Origin: Pseudomonas aeruginosa
GTDB taxonomy: Bacteria; Pseudomonadota; Gammaproteobacteria; Pseudomonadales; Pseudomonadaceae
Reading direction: 5' to 3'
DNA length: 32,000 nucleotides
Assembly (NCBI RefSeq): GCF_001457615.1
Contig: NZ_LN831024.1
Location: forward strand, 5,820,001 to 5,852,000
This document shows positions 1 through 9,303 of the stretch, in pieces (positions within the stretch are counted from its first letter, which is position 1; each line of letters begins with the position of its first letter). The notes under the pieces are model-generated. The model saw only the letters and a program-made list of their open reading frames with translations. It was not told the origin of the DNA and did not search any database. The position numbers and the translations under genes were made by a program.

Positions 1-147
1 CGCCGCGGCGCCCGGCGGCGAGTAGAACAGAGCGGCGCAGAGGCACAGCAGCAGGGCCGCCAGGACGCGGGAGCGAAGGGTGAAGCGGGCGATGATCGGC
101 ACGAGAAAGGCAGTCCCCAAGGTGAGAAACCGAAACAGCCGCATCAT
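1..147 (-). CDS. N-terminal part of a hypothetical membrane/exported protein, truncated by the window edge
   Basis: Reverse complement of 1-147 is open and reads MMRLFRFLTLGTAFLVPIIARFTLRSRVLAALLLCLCASALFYSPPGAAA; hydrophobic N-terminus. Confidence 0.55.
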   Translation of the reverse strand, partial: MMRLFRFLTLGTAFLVPIIARFTLRSRVLAALLLCLCAALFYSPPGAAA

Positions 148-389
148 ACAAGCCGGACACCCGCCGTTTCGAACGGGGCCGCCGGCCGGCGGCGCAAGCA
201 CAGACACTCTGGCGCAACGAGGGTTCGCCCCGCCAGTGCCGGCTGAGACGAACGCAGCCGCGCGGCGGGGCACAGCGACCGCCAACGTGCCCCAGCGCAC
301 ACCTTCGAATACCCGCATGCCGCACAATGCACGGCTTGCCAGCGCGCCGATGCGGTGCAACGCTTGGCAGGTTCACCCGGAGACCGTCC

Positions 390-911
390 ATGCGCCTGAT
401 CACCAGCTGCCTGCTCCTGGCCGCCGCCCTGCCGGCCATGGCGCAGATCTACCAATACACCGACGCCAACGGCAACAAGGTATTCACCAACCAGCCGCCA
501 GACGGGGTGCAGGCGCAGACCGTCGAACTGCAGCCGACCAATACCGTAGGAATCGACACGCCGGAAAAGTCCTCCGCGGGCAATGCCCCGGCCGCCGATA
601 GCGAGGCCGCCGCCTACGAGATCCTTGCCCTCAGCGACCTCCCCACGGAAGAGGCGCTGCGCGCCAACAACGGCACCTTCAACGTCAGCGTCAGCATCCG
701 CCCGGCCCTGCACAGCGGCCACCAGTTGCAACTGGTGCTGGACGGCAAACCCTACGGCACGCCCAGCAGCGGCACCCGCTTCACCCTGCACGAGATCGAC
801 CGCGGCGACCACAGCCTCGCGGTACAGGTACTCAACGGCGAACGGGTGCTGCAATCCAGCCCGCCGGTGACCTTCACCGTGCAGCGCGTGCACCTCGGGA
901 AGAAGCGATGA
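390..911 (+). CDS. Exported DUF4124-like domain protein
   Basis: ORF 327..911; internal ATG at 390 gives signal peptide MRLITSCLLLAAALPAMA followed by QIYQYTDANGNKVFTNQPPDG, typical of DUF4124. Confidence 0.75.
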   Translation: MRLITSCLLLAAALPAMAQIYQYTDANGNKVFTNQPPDGVQAQTVELQPTNTVGIDTPEKSSAGNAPAADSEAAAYEILALSDLPTEEALRANNGTFNVSVSIRPALHSGHQLQLVLDGKPYGTPSSGTRFTLHEIDRGDHSLAVQVLNGERVLQSSPPVTFTVQRVHLGKKR

Positions 912-1480
912 TCCCGCGCATTCTCGGCGCCCTCCTGCTGTGCCTGGCCTGCGCCGCGCAAGCGGGGGTCTACACCTACATCGACGCCGAGGGCAACCGC
1001 GTCTACACCGACCAGCCGCCCAGCGGGCGCAAGGCCCAACGCGTCGAACTGGCGCCGGGCAACAGCGTGGCGCCGCCGGGCATACGCTATCGTCCGCCCG
1101 CCGCGCCGCTGGAGGTGAAGCCGCCGGCCTACCAGCTACTGCGCATCCTCTTCCCCGAACCGGACGCAACCCTGCGCGCCAACAGCGGCGACGTCATCGT
1201 CACCGTCACCAGCGAGCCGGCGCTGCTGCCCGGCCATCGCTATCGCCTGCTGCTCGACGGCAAGCCTGCCGGAGTGCCGGGACGCAGCCCGGTGTTCCCG
1301 TTGAAGAACCTCGATCGCGGCACCCACCAGGTCGCAGTGGAAATCATCGATGGCGACGGCATGACCGTCGAAAGCACCCCGAGCCAGCCCTTCCACCTGC
1401 ATCGAGTGAGCATCGCCGGGCAACCCCTGCCGGAGGTCGATACGCCGCTGGTCAGCGCGATAGAGCCAAGCGAGCGCTAG
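908..1480 (+). CDS. Exported DUF4124-like domain protein, paralogue of the preceding gene
   Basis: ORF 190 aa; signal peptide, then GVYTYIDAEGNRVYTDQPPSG; ATG overlaps upstream stop (ATGA). Confidence 0.75.
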   Translation: MIPRILGALLLCLACAAQAGVYTYIDAEGNRVYTDQPPSGRKAQRVELAPGNSVAPPGIRYRPPAAPLEVKPPAYQLLRILFPEPDATLRANSGDVIVTVTSEPALLPGHRYRLLLDGKPAGVPGRSPVFPLKNLDRGTHQVAVEIIDGDGMTVESTPSQPFHLHRVSIAGQPLPEVDTPLVSAIEPSER

Positions 1481-1568
1481 CCGAACTTCCCCTGCCCACT
1501 CCACGGTGGGCGGGATTTTCCGGTTTATTTCCCGATTCTCCTGGCGAAAACGCCGCCGGCCACGCCAA

Positions 1569-1585
1569 CGCACCAGATTGGTGCG
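1569..1585. promoter_or_regulatory. Putative NtrC binding site upstream of ntrB
   Basis: CGCACCA-GAT-TGGTGCG, a perfect 7+7 bp palindrome with 3-nt centre, matching the enteric NtrC pattern TGCACCA-N3-TGGTGCA. TATACT -10-like hexamer follows at 1604-1609. Confidence 0.6.
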
Positions 1586-1750
1586 ATTACCCGCACCACT
1601 TTCTATACTGTCCCCATTTCGGGTCACCGCTCGTCGCCGAAAACCTTCCCGGCGCACCTCTAGCCAGCGCCTCGGCAGAAAAAACGCGCCTTTTCGGCGC
1701 CTGGTTTGCTTTTTGCATTTTCCTGCCCAACCTTGGAACAGCTGCCCGCC

Positions 1751-2827
1751 ATGCCGACCGATACCCTGCACCGACTGCTGCTCGACAACCTGACCACCGC
1801 GGTGATCCTGCTCAACGGCGAATTGCGCCTGGAGTACATGAACCCGGCGGCGGAGATGCTCCTGGCCGTGAGCGGCCAGCGCAGCCACGGGCAATTCATC
1901 AGCGAGCTGTTCACCGAATCGCCGGAAGCCTTGAACTCGCTGCGCCAGGCGGTGGAACAGGCGCATCCGTTCACCAAGCGCGAAGCGACCCTGACCTCGA
2001 TCACCGGCGTCAGCATCACGGTCGACTATGCGGTGACGCCCATCCTCAACCGCAACGAGACGCTGCTGCTGCTCGAGGTCCATCCGCGCGACCGGCTGAT
2101 GCGGATCACCCGCGAAGAAGCGCAGTTGTCCAAGCAGGAGACCACCAAGCTGCTGGTGCGCGGGCTCGCCCACGAGATCAAGAACCCGCTCGGCGGCATC
2201 CGCGGCGCAGCGCAACTGCTATCCCGCGAGCTGCCGGAAGAGTCGCTGAAGGACTACACCAACGTCATCATCGAAGAAGCCGACCGGTTGCGGAACCTGG
2301 TGGACCGCATGCTCGGCTCGAACAAACTGCCGAACCTGGCGCCGACCAACATCCATGAGGTGCTGGAGCGGGTCAGCAGCCTGGTGGAAGCGGAGAGCCA
2401 GGGCAGCATCACCCTGGTCCGCGACTACGACCCGAGCATCCCCGACCTGCTGCTCGACCGCGAGCAAATGATCCAGGCCGTGCTCAACATGGTACGCAAC
2501 GCCATGCAGGCGATCGCCGGGCAGAACGACCTGCGCCTCGGTCGCATCACCCTGCGCAGCCGTACCCTGCGCCAGTTCACCATCGGCCACACGCGTCACC
2601 GCCTGGTGTGCAAGGTGGAGATCATCGACAACGGCCCGGGCATCCCGGCCGAGCTCCAGGAAACCATCTTCTACCCCATGGTCAGCGGCCGTCCGGACGG
2701 TACCGGACTCGGCCTGGCCATCGCCCAGAACATCATCAGCCAGCACCAGGGGCTGATTGAATGCGAGAGCCACCCCGGCCATACCGTGTTCAGTCTGTTC
2801 CTGCCCCTGGAACAAGGAGTGCATTGA
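1751..2827 (+). CDS. ntrB: Nitrogen regulation sensor histidine kinase NtrB (GlnL)
   Basis: PAS-like N-terminus (VILLNGELRLEYMNPAAE), H-box VRGLAHEIKNPLGGIRGAAQL, ATPase motifs DNGPGIP and DGTGLGLAIAQNII; followed by ntrC. Confidence 0.95.
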   Translation: MPTDTLHRLLLDNLTTAVILLNGELRLEYMNPAAEMLLAVSGQRSHGQFISELFTESPEALNSLRQAVEQAHPFTKREATLTSITGVSITVDYAVTPILNRNETLLLLEVHPRDRLMRITREEAQLSKQETTKLLVRGLAHEIKNPLGGIRGAAQLLSRELPEESLKDYTNVIIEEADRLRNLVDRMLGSNKLPNLAPTNIHEVLERVSSLVEAESQGSITLVRDYDPSIPDLLLDREQMIQAVLNMVRNAMQAIAGQNDLRLGRITLRSRTLRQFTIGHTRHRLVCKVEIIDNGPGIPAELQETIFYPMVSGRPDGTGLGLAIAQNIISQHQGLIECESHPGHTVFSLFLPLEQGVH

Positions 2828-2829
2828 CC

Positions 2830-4260
<1,431 letters not shown>

Positions 4261-4287
4261 AGCGCCACTGCTCCCATGAGCGACCCA

Positions 4288-4312
4288 ACGGGGCCTTCGG
4301 GCCCCGTTTTTT
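4288..4312 (+). terminator. Rho-independent terminator of ntrBC
   Basis: ACGGGGCC-TTCG-GGCCCCGT followed by a T run. Confidence 0.9.
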
Positions 4313-4402
4313 AATGGTCCGTCGCGCGCCCGTGCCAAGCGAGACGCCGCCCCGGCCTCGGCAGAGCGCCCGCTCGGCACCGTCGATCAAACCGTGGCGT
4401 AG

Positions 4403-4431
4403 GGCGAATAACCGCATCGCGGTTATCCGCC
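4403..4431. repeat. REP-like extragenic palindrome
   Basis: GGCGAATAACCGC-ATC-GCGGTTATCCGCC; nearly perfect inverted repeat of the same family as the unit at 9016-9044. Confidence 0.75.
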
Positions 4432-4625
4432 GGTTCGGCGGGGCAGCGGCCCTTGCCCGGATTTTGGGCAGCGTGCACCAGCAGGCGACAAATCGGCATC
4501 AATCGCTGGCGGAAAAGCCCGCTCCGTCATTTTTCCGCAATCGACTTCCCACAAACCCCTGGGATGCCGCCAAGCCCTTGATCCACGGGCCTCCAGAGGC
4601 ATTCATCACCAGCTCGCCCACAGAC

Positions 4626-4634
4626 TTATCCACA
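4626..4634 (+). promoter_or_regulatory. Perfect DnaA-box consensus TTATCCACA
   Basis: TTATCCACA in the intergenic region, about 44 bp upstream of the sigma-54-type promoter. Confidence 0.4.
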
Positions 4635-4677
4635 ACCTTTCAGGAAAGCGAGCGCGCCGCCAGCGTCTCATGAGAAT

Positions 4678-4693
4678 TGGCACAGCCCCTGCA
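4678..4693 (+). promoter_or_regulatory. Sigma-54 (RpoN) -24/-12 promoter of nrsZ
   Basis: TGGCAC-AGCCC-CTGCA: GG (4679-4680) and GC (4691-4692) dinucleotides in correct -24/-12 register; expected start near 4704. Confidence 0.8.
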
Positions 4694-4703
4694 TTGGAGC
4701 AGA

Positions 4704-4930
4704 TAACGAAGATTTCGGGGGCCTCGGTACAGGCAGGCTGGGGAATCCCCTCTTTTACACCCGGCGGCAGACGCAGCATCCGCGCGCAACCGCCACACCC
4801 GTTTCGGGGACCTCGGTACAGGCAGGCTGAGAACTCCCCTCTTTTATGCCCGGCGGCAGCGCAGCGATCCGCGCCTCCGCCCTCCCGTTTGGGGACCTCG
4901 GTACAGGCAGGCTGAGAATTCCCCCTTTTA
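4704..4930 (+). ncRNA. nrsZ: NrsZ-like nitrogen-regulated small RNA with three repeated modules
   Basis: Location immediately downstream of ntrC, sigma-54-type promoter, three near-identical modules with core GGGGACCTCGGTACAGGCAGGCTGAGAA-TCCCC-TCTTTTA at 4717, 4806 and 4891, predicted length ~226 nt. Confidence 0.88.
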
Positions 4931-4940
4931 TTCCCGGCCG
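4717..4940 (+). repeat. Three-copy direct repeat inside nrsZ
   Basis: Copies at 4717-4770, 4806-4859 and 4891-4940; start-to-start spacings 89 and 85 nt. Confidence 0.9.
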
Positions 4941-5392
4941 TCGCGCTCCTGCAGTTCGACGACCAGGCGCCAGCCCTCGCCGTCCTCCGACCACTGCCAG
5001 CGCCCCTGCAAGGGGCGGGTCGAGACCAGGCTCAACAGCAGCGCCTTTCCCTCCTCGCGGACGCGCCAGCGCAACGGTTGGCCCAGCCATCGTCCATCTC
5101 CCTGCTGCGCCGCGCCCCGGGCGACGATGCGCAACGTCAGGGCACCCTCCACCCGTGCCGCCGTAACCGCAGCCTGGCGATCGAAGCGCAGGACCAGGCC
5201 CTGCTCGCTCTCCCCGACCGCCAGCAGTTGCGGCGCAGACGTCGGCAGCGAAGCGGGACCGAACAACCTGCCGAGCATCAGCCCGAACAACAACCCGGCA
5301 AGCACCAGCGCACCCCAGACTTTCCAGCGCTGGCGCCGCAGATCGTCGATGGCGGAGGTAGAATGCCGCCCGTTATCTGCTCCGGAGCCCTG
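4928..5392 (-). CDS. Small single-pass membrane protein, function unknown
   Basis: ORF 4928..5407; likely start at MQGSGADN; TM segment VWGALVLAGLLFGLMLGRLF. Converges on the end of nrsZ. Confidence 0.7.
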   Translation of the reverse strand, partial: QGSGADNGRHSTSAIDDLRRQRWKVWGALVLAGLLFGLMLGRLFGPASLPTSAPQLLAVGESEQGLVLRFDRQAAVTAARVEGALTLRIVARGAAQQGDGRWLGQPLRWRVREEGKALLLSLVSTRPLQGRWQWSEDGEGWRLVVELQERDGRE

Positions 5393-5393
5393 C

Positions 5394-5855
5394 ATGTTCC
5401 ACGTCATCCTGTTTCAACCGGAGATTCCTCCGAATACCGGCAACATTATCAGGCTCTGCGCCAACGCCGGATGCAGTCTGCACCTGATTGAGCCGCTCGG
5501 TTTCGAACTGGACGACAAGCGCTTGCGCCGTGCCGGCCTCGACTACCACGAATACGCCAGCGTACGCCGCTACCCGGATCTGCAGAGCTGCCTCGAGGCC
5601 CTCGGCCAGCCACGCCTGTTCGCCTTCACCACCAAGGGGTCGCGGGCCTTCCACGAAGTGGCCTACCAGCGCGGCGATGCCTTCCTCTTCGGCCCGGAAA
5701 GCCGCGGACTGCCGGAGGACGTGCGCAACGCCCTGCCAACCGATCGGCGCCTGCGCCTGCCGATGCGCGAAGGCTGCCGTAGCCTGAACCTGTCCAACAC
5801 GGTGGCGGTGACCGTCTACGAAGCCTGGCGCCAGCTCGGCTTCGCCATGGACTGA
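5394..5855 (+). CDS. trmL: tRNA (cytidine(34)-2'-O)-methyltransferase TrmL (SPOUT family)
   Basis: MFHVILFQPEIPPNTGNIIRLCANAG...FLFGPESRGLP...RSLNLSNTVAVTVYEAWRQL; canonical SPOUT/TrmL motifs. Confidence 0.92.
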   Translation: MFHVILFQPEIPPNTGNIIRLCANAGCSLHLIEPLGFELDDKRLRRAGLDYHEYASVRRYPDLQSCLEALGQPRLFAFTTKGSRAFHEVAYQRGDAFLFGPESRGLPEDVRNALPTDRRLRLPMREGCRSLNLSNTVAVTVYEAWRQLGFAMD

Positions 5856-5871
5856 GCCGGCCGGCAGGCAT

Positions 5872-5900
5872 GAAAAAGCCCGCGCAAGGCGGGCTTTTTC
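5872..5900. terminator. Bidirectional intrinsic terminator between convergent trmL and secB
   Basis: GAAAAAGCCCGC-GCAAG-GCGGGCTTTTTC, symmetric A and T tracts. Confidence 0.9.
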
Positions 5901-5913
5901 GCAAGCGCTGGGC

Positions 5914-6405
5914 TTACTGGACCGACGGCGTCGGGATCTCGCCGGAGGCCTGCATGCGGGCGATTTCCTGGGCGTAGAGGGCGTCGAAGTTCACCGGCGA
6001 CAGCATCAGCGCCGGGAACGAACCGCGTACCACCAGGTTGTCCAGGGCTTCGCGAGCGTACGGGAAGAGGATGTTCGGGCAGAACGCGCCGAGGGTATGG
6101 CTCATGCTCGACGGATCGAGGTTCTTGATCAGGAAGATGCCGGCCTGCTGCACTTCGGCGATGAAGGCAGTGGTGTCCTCGCCGTTCTTCACGGTCACCG
6201 ATACGGTCAGGACCACTTCGTAGAAGTCGCCGTCCAGCTGCTTCTGGCGAGTGTTCAGGTCCAGGCTGATGGACGGGTTCCATTCCTGGCGGAAGATTTC
6301 CGGGGACTTCGGCGACTCGAACGACAGGTCGCGCAGGTAGATGCGCTGCAGGGAGAACTGGGGTTGCTGCTCGTCGGCAGCGCCGTTGGTAGCTTGCTCG
6401 GTCAT
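5914..6405 (-). CDS. secB: Protein-export chaperone SecB
   Basis: 163 aa; [43 protein letters not shown]...[10 protein letters not shown]. Confidence 0.96.
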   Translation of the reverse strand: MTEQATNGAADEQQPQFSLQRIYLRDLSFESPKSPEIFRQEWNPSISLDLNTRQKQLDGDFYEVVLTVSVTVKNGEDTTAFIAEVQQAGIFLIKNLDPSSMSHTLGAFCPNILFPYAREALDNLVVRGSFPALMLSPVNFDALYAQEIARMQASGEIPTPSVQ

Positions 6406-6441
6406 TTTCGGGCCTTCCCTTGGGTCAATTCATGAATAGTT

Positions 6442-6696
6442 TCAGGCAGACAGCAGCGCGTCCAGCTTGCCGGCGCGCTCCAGTGCATGAAGGTCGTCGC
6501 AGCCGCCGACATGGGTCTCGCCGATCCAGATCTGCGGCACGGTGGTCGATCCCGCCTTGCGTGCCAGCTCGGCGCGCAGTTCGGGCTTGCCGTCGCAGGC
6601 GATCTCCTGGAAGTCCACGCCCTTGCGTTGCAGCAACTGCTTGGCGCGGATGCAGTACGGACACCAGGCGGTGGTGTAGATCACGACGGGCGGCAT
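6442..6696 (-). CDS. grx: Glutaredoxin
   Basis: 84 aa; YTTAWCPYCIRAKQLL redox motif, TVPQIWIGETHVGGCDDL. Confidence 0.93.
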   Translation of the reverse strand: MPPVVIYTTAWCPYCIRAKQLLQRKGVDFQEIACDGKPELRAELARKAGSTTVPQIWIGETHVGGCDDLHALERAGKLDALLSA

Positions 6697-6697
6697 G

Positions 6698-7117
6698 TCA
6701 CTTCACCAGCGGCAGGTTGTCGCCGCGCCAGCTGCCGATCCCGCCGGACAGCTTGGCGGCGTTGAAGCCGGCCTTCTTCAGGACGCCGCCCCAGGTACCG
6801 GAGTGCTGGCCCATGGCGTCGACCAGGATGATGGTCTTGCCCTTGTACTTTTCCAGTTCGGTCATGCGGCTGTTCAGCTTGTCGGCCGGGATGTTCAGCG
6901 CGTCGACGATGTGCCCGCTGGCGAACTCCTTGGCCGGACGGATATCCAGGACCACCGCCTGGTCGGCATTGACCAGCGCGGTCAGCTCGCGGGTCGACAG
7001 GCTCTTGCCGCCCTTGCGCAGCTCGTGCAGCAACAGCAGGACCAGCAGGACCAGCAGCGCCGCGACCAGCAGGTAGTGGTTGGTGGCGAACTCGATCAGA
7101 CGGGAAACGAATTGCAT
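6698..7117 (-). CDS. Membrane-anchored rhodanese-like domain protein
   Basis: Start at MQFVSRLIEF (7117); TM segment then rhodanese fold VVLDIRPAKEFASGHIVDALNIP, but the usual active-site Cys is replaced (LVDAMGQHSG). Confidence 0.85.
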   Translation of the reverse strand: MQFVSRLIEFATNHYLLVAALLVLLVLLLLHELRKGGKSLSTRELTALVNADQAVVLDIRPAKEFASGHIVDALNIPADKLNSRMTELEKYKGKTIILVDAMGQHSGTWGGVLKKAGFNAAKLSGGIGSWRGDNLPLVK

Positions 7118-7441
7118 GGTGACGGATATCCAGGGCGTAAAAATGCCGGCCAGTATACAGACCGCGCCGGCCAGGGGGGAACCCGCCGGGCGGCGCCCCG
7201 CTCGGCTCCAGGAAATGGCGTCGCGGGAAACTTCACGGTTAGAATGCCGGTCCTTTTCTGTGAAGCTGGCCAGTTCCGGCCCGGGCACGGTTCGGGCGGG
7301 ACAGAGGGAGCGAGGATAGCGGCATTCGGTTGCGGATCGGCGTCATCGGTTTAATCAATCAGCCTCTTCCTACGTCTTGAACGACAATGTTCCCACTAAA
7401 TTTGGTCAGTTTCTGAACCCCGCGGAAATAGAGCCGGACAT

Positions 7442-8989
7442 ATGACTGCCACGCCCAAACCCCTGGTCCTGATCATCCTGGACGGCTTCGGCCACAGCGA
7501 AAGCCCTGACTACAATGCCATCTACGCCGCGAAGAAGCCGGTCTGGGATCGCCTCCTGGCAACCCAGCCGCACGGCCTGATCTCCGGCTCCGGCATGGAC
7601 GTCGGCCTGCCCGCCGGCCAGATGGGCAATTCCGAGGTCGGCCACATGAACCTCGGCGCAGGCCGCGTGGTGTACCAGGACTTCACCCGCGTCACCAAGG
7701 CCATCCGCGACGGCGAATTCTTCGAAAACCCGGTGATCGCCGGCGCGGTCGACAAGGCCGTCGCCGCCGACAAGGCGGTGCACATCCTCGGCCTGCTCTC
7801 CCCGGGCGGCGTACACAGCCATGAAGACCACCTGGTGGCGATGGCGCAGATGGCCGCCAGGCGCGGCGCCGGCAAGATCTACCTGCATGCCTTCCTGGAT
7901 GGCCGCGATACCCCGCCGAAAAGCGCGCAGCCGTCGCTGGAGCGTCTCGACGCCACCTTCGCCGGGCTCGGCAAGGGCCGCATCGCCTCGATCATCGGCC
8001 GCTATTTCGCGATGGACCGCGACAACCGCTGGGACCGCGTCCAGGCCGCCTATGAACTGATTGTCGACGGCAAGGCCGAGTTCACCGCCGACTCCTCGGT
8101 GGCAGCCCTCGAGGCCGCCTACGCCCGCGGCGAGAGCGACGAATTCGTCAAGGCCACCGCGGTGGTCCCGGCCGGCGCCGAAGCGGTGCGGGTCGAGGAT
8201 GGCGACGCGGTGATCTTCATGAACTTCCGCGCCGACCGCGCCCGCGAGCTGAGCCGCGCCTTCGTCGAGCCGGCATTCAATGAGTTCCCCCGCGAACGAG
8301 CCCCGCAGCTGGCAGGTTTCGTCATGCTGACCCAGTACGCGGCGAGCATCCCGGCGCCCTGCGCCTTCCCGCCGGAGCCGCTGACCAACGTCCTCGGCGA
8401 GTACCTGGCCAAGCATGGCAAGACCCAGCTGCGCATCGCCGAGACCGAGAAGTACGCCCATGTGACCTTCTTCTTCTCCGGCGGCCGCGAGGAACCCTAC
8501 GAGGGCGAGGAGCGCATCCTGATCCCCTCGCCGAAGGTCGCCACCTACGACCTGCAACCCGAGATGAGCGCGCCGGAAGTCACCGACCGTATCGTCGAGG
8601 CCATCGAGCAACAGCGCTACGACGTGATCGTGGTCAACTACGCCAACGGCGACATGGTCGGCCACACCGGGGTGTTCGAGGCCGCGGTCAAGGCCGTGGA
8701 GTGCCTGGACACCTGCATGGGCCGTATCGTCGAGGCGCTGGACAAGGTCGGCGGCGAAGCCCTGATCACCGCCGACCACGGCAATGTCGAGCAGATGGAA
8801 GACGAGTCCACCGGCCAGGCGCACACCGCGCACACCTGCGAACCGGTGCCCTTCGTCTACGTCGGCAAGCGCAAGCTGAGCATCCGCGAAGGCGGCGTGC
8901 TGGCCGACGTGGCGCCGACCATGCTGACCCTCATGGGGCTGGAGCAGCCGGCGGAAATGACCGGTCGCAGCATCGTCACCCTCGGCTGA
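7442..8989 (+). CDS. gpmI: 2,3-bisphosphoglycerate-independent phosphoglycerate mutase
   Basis: 515 aa; [23 protein letters not shown]-like [28 protein letters not shown]. Confidence 0.96.
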   Translation: MTATPKPLVLIILDGFGHSESPDYNAIYAAKKPVWDRLLATQPHGLISGSGMDVGLPAGQMGNSEVGHMNLGAGRVVYQDFTRVTKAIRDGEFFENPVIAGAVDKAVAADKAVHILGLLSPGGVHSHEDHLVAMAQMAARRGAGKIYLHAFLDGRDTPPKSAQPSLERLDATFAGLGKGRIASIIGRYFAMDRDNRWDRVQAAYELIVDGKAEFTADSSVAALEAAYARGESDEFVKATAVVPAGAEAVRVEDGDAVIFMNFRADRARELSRAFVEPAFNEFPRERAPQLAGFVMLTQYAASIPAPCAFPPEPLTNVLGEYLAKHGKTQLRIAETEKYAHVTFFFSGGREEPYEGEERILIPSPKVATYDLQPEMSAPEVTDRIVEAIEQQRYDVIVVNYANGDMVGHTGVFEAAVKAVECLDTCMGRIVEALDKVGGEALITADHGNVEQMEDESTGQAHTAHTCEPVPFVYVGKRKLSIREGGVLADVAPTMLTLMGLEQPAEMTGRSIVTLG

Positions 8990-9015
8990 TCCGCGAACGA
9001 CGAACTCCCGCGCAG

Positions 9016-9044
9016 GGCGGATAACCGCGTCGCGGTTATCCGCC
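9016..9044. repeat. REP-like extragenic palindrome
   Basis: GGCGGATAACCGCG-T-CGCGGTTATCCGCC, perfect 14-bp arms, 27 bp after the gpmI stop. Confidence 0.85.
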
Positions 9045-9060
9045 GCTTCTGCAGGCCATC

Positions 9061-9089
9061 GACGGATAACGCCTGCGACGTTATCCGCC
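9061..9089. repeat. Second REP-like palindrome, same family
   Basis: CGGATAACG-CCTGCGA-CGTTATCCG; shares the GGATAACG/CGTTATCC arms. Confidence 0.8.
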
Positions 9090-9303
9090 GTAGCGGGCCG
9101 GGCGCCGCGCCCTGTTTCCACGACGCCACCTTCCCCGCTTTAACGCTGCCGATCGGCCGACAGGCCTGGCCACGCGGCGTCGAGACGTGTGCCGCGGTTT
9201 TCATTTTCCGCGTCTCCCCCCCCTGCCTCCCGCTACGTCGCCGAGGCCCGTGCTAGCCTTGCCCGCGCTGTCTTTTCCATCTGCCCTACAAGGATTTCCG
9301 CCG

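Noticed and set aside
4471-4487. Possible NtrC site GTGCACCAGCAGGCGACA upstream of nrsZ
   Set aside because: Only one half-site matches; the second arm is poor and it lies about 200 bp from the -24 element.
4717-4940. The repeats downstream of ntrC considered as a CRISPR-like array
   Set aside because: Only three imperfect units, repeats longer than the spacers, similar intervening sequence and no cas genes; fits a modular sRNA.
7406-9121. 571-aa minus-strand ORF antisense to gpmI
   Set aside because: gpmI on the plus strand has unambiguous family motifs; the antisense frame is low-complexity and Gly/Ala/Arg/Val rich, as expected from codon bias in high-GC DNA.
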